A stretch of DNA of 64,000 bases, from the NCBI GenBank assembly GCA_035549295.1, contig DASZRG010000043.1, positions 1,910-65,909 on the forward strand, in the 5' to 3' direction. The notes beneath the pieces are model-generated. The model was not told the origin of the DNA and ran no database searches. It worked only from the letters and a program-made list of their open reading frames with translations. Source of the stretch: Patescibacteria group bacterium (lineage in GTDB: Bacteria > Patescibacteriota > Microgenomatia > Levybacterales > GWA1-39-11). The number at the start of each line of letters is the position of its first letter. Position 1 is the first letter of the stretch. This document shows, in pieces, positions 35,430-43,939 of the stretch. A program made the position numbers and the translations under genes.

Positions 35430-36596
35430 ATGAGAAAGTTTTTTGCAATATTTATCGCACTATTTTTACTTCTTTCTATCTTTCCTGTACCGACATTTGC
35501 TGCTGAACCTCAAAAAATTGTTGTTCTTGCAAGAGGGAAAACGGTTGACAGTGATTACTTTGGCGCAGGAAACGAAGTTAGAATTTCAGGAACTGTAAAT
35601 GGAGATGCATATGTTGCAGGAGGAACTGTAGTAGTCGATGGTACGATTAACGGAGATTTACTTGTAGCCGGTGGCAATATAACTGTCACAGGAACAGTAA
35701 GAAATAATATTAGAAGCGCTGGTGGAAATATAAGCATATCAGGCGCAACCGTCGGAGGAAATATCACAGCTTTAGGAGGTCAAATTAACATCGATAGTGC
35801 AAACCGACTTCAAGGCAGCATTGTTGCAGGAGGAGGAAATATCCAGATTTTTGCCACCGTCCCACGAGGAGTTACACTTGGAGGAGGAAATGTCGTGTTA
35901 GGAAGCGTTGTTGGAAAAGATGTTTTTGCTGGTGTTGGTAATTTAACAATAACTCAGAATGCGCAAATTAACGGAAATTTAACTTATTTATCTGATCAGA
36001 ACGCTAATATCGCGGAGGGTGCATCAATTTCAGGTCATGTCAAACACGAAATACCTCAGAGAAATCAAGTAAGAGCGAGCCAAATAGGTCGAACTACCGC
36101 ACATGCCGCGGCAGGATTTCTGGGAATACTCAAGATATTTGATTTAGTAATAATTATAATTTGGGGATTATTCTTCATAACGTTCTTCCCTGTATATACA
36201 ACCAATGTTTCAAATTATATTAGAACCAATTTTTGGACCAGCTTAATTACTGGACTAGCAGTCCTAGTACTTACTCCTATTATCGGAATATTATTGTTTG
36301 TATCTATACTTGGGATTCCTTTTGCGCTACTGTTGTTTGTTCTATATATGATACTAATTTGGATTTCAAAAATATTTGTCATCAACACTTTTGGACAATT
36401 TATTCTAGCTCGAACAAATAATAAAACAGGCGCTATTACTACTTTTATAGTCGGAGTTGTCGCCTACTTAATACTAACTCTCATTCCAATAATTTCATTT
36501 CTAACTCATTTGATTATTACACTGGTAGGAGTTGGCGCAGTTGCTGCTCAAAAACAAAAATATTACTCCGATCTCCGAGCAAAGAAGTTGATATAA
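35430..36596 (+). CDS. Secreted bactofilin-like (polymer-forming, beta-helical repeat) protein with a C-terminal polytopic membrane domain
   Basis: A signal peptide (AIFIALFLLLSIFPVPTFAA) is followed by about eight degenerate G-x-V/I-x-G-D/N repeats (GTVNGDAYVAGGTVVVDGTINGDLLVAGGNITVTG...) and then four or five TM helices. Confidence 0.55.
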   Translation: MRKFFAIFIALFLLLSIFPVPTFAAEPQKIVVLARGKTVDSDYFGAGNEVRISGTVNGDAYVAGGTVVVDGTINGDLLVAGGNITVTGTVRNNIRSAGGNISISGATVGGNITALGGQINIDSANRLQGSIVAGGGNIQIFATVPRGVTLGGGNVVLGSVVGKDVFAGVGNLTITQNAQINGNLTYLSDQNANIAEGASISGHVKHEIPQRNQVRASQIGRTTAHAAAGFLGILKIFDLVIIIIWGLFFITFFPVYTTNVSNYIRTNFWTSLITGLAVLVLTPIIGILLFVSILGIPFALLLFVLYMILIWISKIFVINTFGQFILARTNNKTGAITTFIVGVVAYLILTLIPIISFLTHLIITLVGVGAVAAQKQKYYSDLRAKKLI

Positions 36597-36663
36597 GATA
36601 AAAAGTCACATTAAATCAAAGAAGGTTGATAATAGAAAATATTTGTTTTATTCTTGAGGATGA

Positions 36664-38154
36664 TTGGAATTTATCAAATTGGAACAATTACTAAGCTCTA
36701 AATTTTACAAAAAACATAGCTACGAAATCATGGTCGTAGCAATAATTCTGCTCGCCATTTTTCTTCGCTTCTACAACTATTCAGGCCGCTTACTACTTGC
36801 TGGAGATCAAGCACGCGACGCAATAATTGCCCAAGAAATAGTAAACGAACACAAGATTCCTGCTGTTGGTCCATTTTCATCAGTCGGTAACTTCACAACC
36901 GGAAACATTTGGTACATATGGCTTGGATTTTCAGCGGCTCTTATTCCTACTTTCGAAGGACCTTGGATAATTCTTACCCTGTCCTATATCACGATAGTAA
37001 TTTTGATGATAATTATTGCAAGAAACATAGGCGATAAGTCCTTTTCACTGATAGTCGGACTTTTGGCGGCAGTTTCACCAGCCGAAGTTGCCCAAAGTAC
37101 CAATCTTACTAACCCATCTCTTGTAGCAGTATTTTCGGTTTTAACGCTACTGTTTGCACTGCTTTATTTAAAAAAGGGTACAAATTTATTTTTGTTTTTG
37201 GTTGCCTTCTTTATAGGAGAAGCGATAAGTACGCATTTTCAAGCAGTCTATCTTCTTGTATTAATTCCAATAGTTCTTGTTGTTAAAAGACCAAAGTTAT
37301 CTGGATTTGTTTATTTAGCAATTGGACTTATTATTCCATTCATTGCCTATTTTTATTTTGACTTCAATCACAACTTCTACAATATTCGTGGAATCATTGA
37401 CTATGTAAGATTCGGCCAATATAGAATATACATTGCAAATCGATGGCTTACATACGCAGCCGTTTTTTGGCCCGACATGTGGGGAAAAATAATCGGTGGG
37501 AACAAACTATTCGGCTATTTGTTTATGGCCCTTGTAACGCTCTCCACAATCTATTCACTTCTTAAAAAACAAATTAACAAACAATTGCTATCCGTCGTTG
37601 CAACTTTTGCAATCGTTTTTGTTGCGCTTCGATTTTATCGCGGAGAAAGATTTGATGGATATTTTGTATTTTTACATCCATACGTATTGTTATTGTCTGC
37701 ATTCGTAATCTATTTTATTTACAAGTTAAACAAATATTTAGGACTGCTTATTTTATTTCTTGTATTAATCTTTAGCATAAATGCAAGTTTACCTGCTCTT
37801 TTCGATAAACAAACAGAAGTAAATAAAGGCGAGTATTGGAGCAACGTTTTTATAAAAGATTTTCCTGATAAAAAATTTGAGTTTTATCAATTCACAAATA
37901 GCAATGAATCGCTAAGTCTTCCAATAGTTATTAATCTTTATAAAAAAGGCAAAATTCAAGATGGTGGATATCGAATTGGTTTTGGAGGTCCAAAACCTGC
38001 GGACAGAAAAAATTATGTTTATCTAAAAGACAATAAGTTAGGATTTGACCTATGGAGTCTAAATAGTAGTAGTTCTGCGCAGCTCATAAAATCCGGCTGG
38101 CACAAAGCAAATCCTTCCTCAATATATAAGGTGTCGGCGGAGTGGTATAAATAA
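36664..38154 (+). CDS. Polytopic membrane glycosyltransferase-like protein (GT39 / ArnT / PMT-like fold)
   Basis: The 496 aa ORF has more than 10 TM helices. An extracytoplasmic-loop motif AGDQARDAIIAQEIV resembles the DE/DD loop of GT-C mannosyltransferases. Confidence 0.5.
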   Translation: MEFIKLEQLLSSKFYKKHSYEIMVVAIILLAIFLRFYNYSGRLLLAGDQARDAIIAQEIVNEHKIPAVGPFSSVGNFTTGNIWYIWLGFSAALIPTFEGPWIILTLSYITIVILMIIIARNIGDKSFSLIVGLLAAVSPAEVAQSTNLTNPSLVAVFSVLTLLFALLYLKKGTNLFLFLVAFFIGEAISTHFQAVYLLVLIPIVLVVKRPKLSGFVYLAIGLIIPFIAYFYFDFNHNFYNIRGIIDYVRFGQYRIYIANRWLTYAAVFWPDMWGKIIGGNKLFGYLFMALVTLSTIYSLLKKQINKQLLSVVATFAIVFVALRFYRGERFDGYFVFLHPYVLLLSAFVIYFIYKLNKYLGLLILFLVLIFSINASLPALFDKQTEVNKGEYWSNVFIKDFPDKKFEFYQFTNSNESLSLPIVINLYKKGKIQDGGYRIGFGGPKPADRKNYVYLKDNKLGFDLWSLNSSSSAQLIKSGWHKANPSSIYKVSAEWYK

Positions 38155-38266
38155 GAGTATCACGAGTAATTACAATCGTTTAAAGTTATTGGGTAACGAA
38201 ACCCGTATCGGTGAAGTTTTACGTTTAACATACCCCATTGACGAAACGGGCATCGTAACCGATTAA
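38155..38266 (+). repeat. Roughly 110 nt dispersed element, copy A. It starts with GAGTATCACGAG and directly abuts the stop codon of the GT39-like gene
   Basis: About 85% identical to the reverse complement of 53462-53573, including an identical 18-mer CAATCGTTTAAAGTTATT and an identical 22-mer ACGAAACGGGCATCGTAACCGA. Confidence 0.85.
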
Positions 38267-38276
38267 CTTAGATAGT

Positions 38277-38924
38277 CTACTGGGTGGTGATGTCTATTCC
38301 GAGGATTTTTGTTCCTACGACCACTTGATCAACTACATCAAGACCGTTTGTAACTTTTCCAAATATTGTATATGCGTGCGGCAGTGGGGTATCTTTTTTC
38401 AAAATAAAGAATTGACTTCCATTTGTGTTAGGACCTCGATTGGCCATAGCAAGAACCCCTCTTATATATCCCGCTTGGTATGAGGGTGTGTTAGGATTTA
38501 GCTCATCTTCAAATGTTGGTCCATAGATTGATGTACCGCCAGATCCATTACCGCTTGGATCACCACCCTGAATAACCCAATCCTCTACTCGATGGAAAGT
38601 AAGATTATTATAGTATCCTCGTTTTGCCAGAGTTGCAAAGTTAGTTACAGTCTTTGCAGCTTCTGATGCGTAAAGATCAACCGTGATGTCTCCTTTATCG
38701 GTTCTAATAGTTGCGGATTTTGCATTTGTTACTTCATCTGTTGAGTTTGTAACCTGCTGACTTTCTCCGCCAGGTGTTGGTGTATTTATGGATACTGTTG
38801 GAGATGCCGTAGGTGTCAAAAAATTTGGTGTCTGAGACTGTTGATTGGTACTTTGATTTGTCATAAAGTAAATTCCTAAAAACGCAACAAGAACTATTAA
38901 ACCGAAAACCACTGCCGTTTTCAT
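38277..38924 (-). CDS. ppiB: Cyclophilin-type peptidyl-prolyl cis-trans isomerase with an N-terminal membrane anchor
   Basis: Cyclophilin motifs include FHRVEDWVIQGGDPSGNGSGG and MANRGPNTNGSQFFI. A TM helix is present at the N-terminus. Confidence 0.85.
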   Translation of the reverse strand: MKTAVVFGLIVLVAFLGIYFMTNQSTNQQSQTPNFLTPTASPTVSINTPTPGGESQQVTNSTDEVTNAKSATIRTDKGDITVDLYASEAAKTVTNFATLAKRGYYNNLTFHRVEDWVIQGGDPSGNGSGGTSIYGPTFEDELNPNTPSYQAGYIRGVLAMANRGPNTNGSQFFILKKDTPLPHAYTIFGKVTNGLDVVDQVVVGTKILGIDITTQ

Positions 38925-39003
38925 GTGACATTTATTCTAATCATTTCTGATCATTTTTTCAAGCACAAATACGCCTGAGCTGGTTGGAAGATTGGAGAGA
39001 CTA

Positions 39004-39483
39004 TTACCAGCGGAAGTGAGAGAAGGCTTTGTTAGCCTCTGCCATGCGGTGTGCAACATCGCGCTTTTTAATAGCTTCACCTTCATTTTTTGTCGCTGCG
39101 ATAAGTTCTGCGGCAAGTTTTTCAGAAAAAGTCTTGAATTCTGCTGTTGGTCTTTTTTTGGCTGCTTCTAGAATCCAGCGAATAGCAAGAGCTGTTTTTC
39201 GTGCACCTCGGACTTCTGTTGGAACTTGATAAGCAGCACCACCGATGCGTCGTGCTTTAACTTCTACTTTTGGTCCAACCGCCTCGAGAGCACCCTCAAA
39301 TATCTCAACAGGATTACCTTCTTTTTTGAGAATTTCAAAAGCATCCATCATGACTTTCTGAGCAATGGTCTTTTTACCATCAACCATAAGTCTGTTGGTG
39401 AACATAGACACTAAAATATTTCCGTAGACCGGATCACCTTTTATTTCGTGTCTTTTTATTTTTTTACTTACTCCACGTGCCAT
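39004..39483 (-). CDS. rpsG: 30S ribosomal protein S7
   Basis: The 159 aa ORF matches S7 sequence. Confidence 0.95.
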   Translation of the reverse strand: MARGVSKKIKRHEIKGDPVYGNILVSMFTNRLMVDGKKTIAQKVMMDAFEILKKEGNPVEIFEGALEAVGPKVEVKARRIGGAAYQVPTEVRGARKTALAIRWILEAAKKRPTAEFKTFSEKLAAELIAATKNEGEAIKKRDVAHRMAEANKAFSHFRW

Positions 39484-39520
39484 AAATTTAGATATTAGAT
39501 ACTAGTAACTAGATATTAGG
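39484..39520. repeat. Type B repeat at the rpsG/rpsL junction
   Basis: AAATTTAGATATTAGATACTAGTAACTAGATATTAGG. Confidence 0.7.
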
Positions 39521-39943
39521 TTATGCGGCGGCGGCGGCTGGTCGCTTTGAACCATATCTACTTCTTGATGTTCTTCGTGTCTCAACCCCTGCAAGATCGA
39601 ATTTACCACGAACCAAGTGATATTTAACTCCTGGTAAATCTTTTACACGACCACCACGAACCAAAACGATACCGTGTTCTGCTAAATTGTGACCAATACC
39701 CTGTATGTATGCTGTTACCTCTTCTCGGTTGGACAACTTAACACGGGCAACTTTACGAAGTGCTGAATTAGGTTTTTTAGGAGTCATTGTACGGACGAGC
39801 GTTACAACTCCACGCTTTTGAGGCGAAGGAACCTCAGAATAAGTACGAAGTTTGGCATTAAAAATAGTACGCAAACCTGTTGCTTTTATTTTCTTTGATT
39901 TTTTCGAACGACCTTTTCTTATTAACTGATTAAGTGTAGGCAT
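39521..39943 (-). CDS. rpsL: 30S ribosomal protein S12
   Basis: Starts [12 protein letters not shown] and contains the PNSALRKV region. It has a short Ala-rich C-terminal tail. Confidence 0.95.
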   Translation of the reverse strand: MPTLNQLIRKGRSKKSKKIKATGLRTIFNAKLRTYSEVPSPQKRGVVTLVRTMTPKKPNSALRKVARVKLSNREEVTAYIQGIGHNLAEHGIVLVRGGRVKDLPGVKYHLVRGKFDLAGVETRRTSRSRYGSKRPAAAAA

Positions 39944-40108
39944 TGTCGTATTGTACTATAAATCGTGCTCAAATACCAGTATTTAAACAAATTGACCAAG
40001 AACCAAATTCCAAATTCCAAACCAAATTTAAAAGTTAAATTTTAAATTGTTTAAACATTGATGATTTGTTAATAGGTGCTTGGTGAATTGATTATTAGGA
40101 AGTGAGAA

Positions 40109-43100
40109 TTAGGCAGCTGAGGCAGCCTCAACTACAGGCTCTGCTTCTTCTTTTTGTGCTCCGACGTTTGCTTCCATGAATTCACCACGAACTGGGATAA
40201 GACGACCAACGATGACATTTTCTTTAAGCCCAATAAGATGGTCTATTCTACCTTCAAGTGCTGCATCTGTTAGAACCTGAGTTGTCTCCTGGAAGGAGGA
40301 TGCTGACAACCATGAATCTGTAACGAGTGATGCTTTTGTTATACCAAGTACAATCTCTCGTGCAGATGCTGGCTCTCCACCTTCTGAGATAATATTTGCA
40401 TTTTCTTCCTCAAATCTGAGCTTTGAAACGAGGTCGCCAGGCATAAGAGCTGTGTCGCCTGGTGTCTCAATCATAACTTTATCAGACATTTTTCGAATGA
40501 TAGTCTCAAAATGCTTGTAGTGAATAGCAATACCCTGTGACTCGTAAACGTTCTGAATCTCATCAATAAGATATTGTTGTGACGCACGAAGACCTGAAAT
40601 CTTTAAGATATCGCGTGGATCAAGGTAACCCTCACAAAGCTGTGTTCCTGCAACAACATTTTCACCTTCCTCAACGAGAATTGTTGAAGTAAGAGGTACA
40701 AAATATTCACGCTCATCAACTGGCTTTGATTTGGTATTTCTAACTCTTATGATATACCCATCTTCAACCTTGGTAACTTCAACTTTTCCTGCGATTTCAG
40801 CAACAGGTGCAAGAACCTTTGGACGTCTTACCTCGAAAAGCTCCTCAACACGTGGTAGACCCTGGGTAACGTCAGACATAACGACTCCTCCAAAATGACG
40901 AACACGCATGGTAAGCTGGGTTCCAGGCTCTCCAATCGACTGAGCTGCTATAACTCCAACTGGTGTACCTTGATCTGCTCGCTTGTAAGCTGAGAGGTCC
41001 CATCCGTAACACGCTGCACAAAGACCGTATTTAAGTCTACAGAAAAGTGGTGAGCGAACAATAATCTCAGCAATTGAGTCATCTGCTAGAATTTGTGCAA
41101 GCATTTCGTAGTTAACCTCATCTCCTTTTTTAACGAGAGTCTTTTTGTCGCGCTTTGAAACAACGTCTTTTAGAACTACACGACCCAAAATCATGCTTGT
41201 CATGTATGTTTCGTTGTCGCGCTTTTCCATCTCGACTGGAATACCCTCGTCAACTCCACAATCCTCTTCGCGGATAATAACATCGTGGGCAACGTCAACA
41301 AGTCTTCTAGTCAAATATCCTGCGTCTGCTGTCTTAAGAGCTGAATCGGTCAATCCTTTTCTTGAACCACGAGCTGAGTTAACGTATTCGAAAATTGAAA
41401 GACCTTCTCTAAAGTTTGACTTAATTGGAAGTTCAACGATTCGTCCCATTGGATCGAAAATAAGACCACGCATTGCAGCAAGCTGCTTAATCTGATCTTT
41501 TCCAGCACGAGCTCCTCCTGACTCAGCAATAATGCGAACAATATCGTTTTTGTCAAACAGATCCCATGTAAGATTTGCCATCTTTTCAGTTGCTTCAAGC
41601 CATACGTCATTTGAAAGACGTCGCTGCTCAGAATGAGTTATAAGACCGTTTTGGTATTCCTGCTCAATCTCAGAGATCTTCGCTTCTGCTTCATCAATAA
41701 GCTTGTCTTTGTTATCAAGTCTCTTCAAATCAAAGGTTGAAACTGAAATACCAGATAAGGTTGCTGCATAAAATCCAATACCTTTTATATTGTCGATCAA
41801 GTGTGCAACCTCTTCCTCTGAACAAATTACCATTGCTCGTGTAATAAGTTCTTTAATAGTTGATGCTTTAACTTCGCGATTAACAAATTTGAGTGACTCA
41901 GGAAGTCTTTCGTTGAAGAGAATTCTTCCAATCGAAGTCTCAATGAGTGCTCCGCTCAGTCGAACCATAATAGGTTCACGAACCTGAATTTTCTTAAGTG
42001 AGAATGCGAGATGCGCCTCTTCTTCGCTTGAGAATGTAGGAATAGTTTCGCGTCTTGTTCTCTCATCGATTGATGTGAGGTAGAAAACACCAAGAGCCAT
42101 TTCTTTGTTTGGAAGAGTAATAGGTGCACCATCTGCTGGCTTGAGCAAGTTGTGCTGCGGCATCATAAGACTGATTGCCTCCTCTTGTGCTTTCTGTGAA
42201 AGAGGAATGTGAATTGCCATCTGATCTCCATCAAAGTCAGCATTGTATCCAGCGCAGACACAAGGATGGATCTTTATAGCCGATCCTTCAACGAGAACTG
42301 GGTAAAATGCCTGAATACCTAGCTTGTGAAGAGTTGGAGCACGATTCAGGAGAACTGGGTGGTTACGTGTAATTTCTTCCAAGATATCAAATATCTCAGG
42401 TGAGCGGCGCTCAATAAATCTCTTTGCAGCTTTGACATTGGGGGTCGTGAGACCTCGTGCTATAACTTCACGAATAACAAACGGTTTGAAAAGCTCAAGT
42501 GCCATTTCTTTTGGAAGACCACACTGGTTAAGAGTGAGCTCTGGACCAACGATGATAACTGATCTACCTGAATAATCGACTCTTTTTCCAAGAAGATTCT
42601 TTCTAAATCGACCTTGTTTACCTCGCAAAATATCTGAAAGTGATTTGAATTGCTTTTGAGTTTGTGAAGTTCTTATTGAGGTATCAATAAGGTAATCAAC
42701 TGATTCTTGAAGCATTCTTTTTTCGTTTCTCAAAATAATCTCAGGTGCACCAAGTGAAATAAGGTGCTTCAAGCGGTTATTTCGGTTAATAACACGGCGG
42801 TAAAGATCGTTTAAGTCAGATGTCGCAAATCGTCCACCGTTAAGCTGAACCATAGGACGAAGATCTGGTGGAAGAACTGGAAGGACTTCGAGAACTAATG
42901 ACTCTGGTGAGAATCCTGCCTTGTTAACTGACTCGATCAAGTGTTGACGCTTGAGAAGCTTGAGCTGTTTTTGACCTGATGACTTTTGCACTTCTTCACG
43001 AAGATCACCGATAAGTTTTGTGAAATCAACTGACTGAATAGCATGCAGTATTGCAGCAGCACCTGTCTCAACTTCGAAGAAGATTGGGACATCATATTCA

Positions 43101-43939
43101 ATAAGTCTTACGTACTCTTCCTCAGAGATAACATCCCAAAGCTTAAGACCTTTAATAATGTCGCCAACTCTTGAGAAAATTTCCTCAGTTCTTGAAATTT
43201 CTGTCTCAAGTCTTTTGTCGAGTGCAATCTTTTTCTGGCGATATACAACATCAGTCTCCTCAAGGATAAGTTCTTTCTGCTCATCTGGAAGTTTTCCCTT
43301 TACGCCTTTTACCTTTTCTTTTTCTTCCTCACCAAGTGCCTTTAGTTCCTCTTCAACTTGTGCTTTAAGATTCTTAACCCTTTCTTCTTTTATGTCATTT
43401 ATTGTCTTTTGAGCATCTTTTCTCTTATCCTCATCAATCTTTGTAACAAGATATGAAGCAAAGTAAACAACTGACTCTAGATCTTTTTGTGCTATATCAA
43501 GAAGCGTTGAGAGCTTTGAAGGGCTTCCCTTTGAAAACCAGATGTGAACTACTGGACATGCAAGTGATATGTGACCCATGCGCTCACGTCTTACTCTTGA
43601 ATAAGTGACCTCGACTCCACATCTATCACAAACTATACCCTTGTATCGAATTCTTTTGTATTTTCCACAGTAACATTCGAAATCGCGCGTAGGACCAAAA
43701 ATACGCTCATCAAAAAGTCCGTCTTTTTCAGGTCGGTATGTTCTATAGTTTATGGTCTCAGGCTTTGTGATCTCACCGTATGAGTAAGTTTTTATATCCT
43801 GTGACTCTGCAACCAATACCTTAAGACCTTTAAAGTCTGAAATATTAATTGCGTCAAATTTTTTATCTTTTCGTGTTTTTGGCTCCATAAATATTAATTG
43901 AGGTCGTTTATTATACGCCTGTTTCCTCCTTTGCTGCAA
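40109..43939 (-). CDS. rpoC: DNA-directed RNA polymerase subunit beta-prime. An alternative start lies at 43888
   Basis: The 1276 aa ORF contains the zinc-binding CYCGKYKRIRYKGIVCDRCGVEV and the catalytic NADFDGDQM. The annotated start overlaps the rpoB stop by 29 nt. Confidence 0.97.
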   Translation of the reverse strand: MQQRRKQAYNKRPQLIFMEPKTRKDKKFDAINISDFKGLKVLVAESQDIKTYSYGEITKPETINYRTYRPEKDGLFDERIFGPTRDFECYCGKYKRIRYKGIVCDRCGVEVTYSRVRRERMGHISLACPVVHIWFSKGSPSKLSTLLDIAQKDLESVVYFASYLVTKIDEDKRKDAQKTINDIKEERVKNLKAQVEEELKALGEEEKEKVKGVKGKLPDEQKELILEETDVVYRQKKIALDKRLETEISRTEEIFSRVGDIIKGLKLWDVISEEEYVRLIEYDVPIFFEVETGAAAILHAIQSVDFTKLIGDLREEVQKSSGQKQLKLLKRQHLIESVNKAGFSPESLVLEVLPVLPPDLRPMVQLNGGRFATSDLNDLYRRVINRNNRLKHLISLGAPEIILRNEKRMLQESVDYLIDTSIRTSQTQKQFKSLSDILRGKQGRFRKNLLGKRVDYSGRSVIIVGPELTLNQCGLPKEMALELFKPFVIREVIARGLTTPNVKAAKRFIERRSPEIFDILEEITRNHPVLLNRAPTLHKLGIQAFYPVLVEGSAIKIHPCVCAGYNADFDGDQMAIHIPLSQKAQEEAISLMMPQHNLLKPADGAPITLPNKEMALGVFYLTSIDERTRRETIPTFSSEEEAHLAFSLKKIQVREPIMVRLSGALIETSIGRILFNERLPESLKFVNREVKASTIKELITRAMVICSEEEVAHLIDNIKGIGFYAATLSGISVSTFDLKRLDNKDKLIDEAEAKISEIEQEYQNGLITHSEQRRLSNDVWLEATEKMANLTWDLFDKNDIVRIIAESGGARAGKDQIKQLAAMRGLIFDPMGRIVELPIKSNFREGLSIFEYVNSARGSRKGLTDSALKTADAGYLTRRLVDVAHDVIIREEDCGVDEGIPVEMEKRDNETYMTSMILGRVVLKDVVSKRDKKTLVKKGDEVNYEMLAQILADDSIAEIIVRSPLFCRLKYGLCAACYGWDLSAYKRADQGTPVGVIAAQSIGEPGTQLTMRVRHFGGVVMSDVTQGLPRVEELFEVRRPKVLAPVAEIAGKVEVTKVEDGYIIRVRNTKSKPVDEREYFVPLTSTILVEEGENVVAGTQLCEGYLDPRDILKISGLRASQQYLIDEIQNVYESQGIAIHYKHFETIIRKMSDKVMIETPGDTALMPGDLVSKLRFEEENANIISEGGEPASAREIVLGITKASLVTDSWLSASSFQETTQVLTDAALEGRIDHLIGLKENVIVGRLIPVRGEFMEANVGAQKEEAEPVVEAASAA

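Noticed and set aside
43911-43939. The 29 nt rpoB/rpoC overlap as evidence of a frameshift or fusion
   Set aside because: Both reading frames are intact. The overlap disappears if rpoC starts at the in-frame ATG at 43888, so a start-site ambiguity is more likely.
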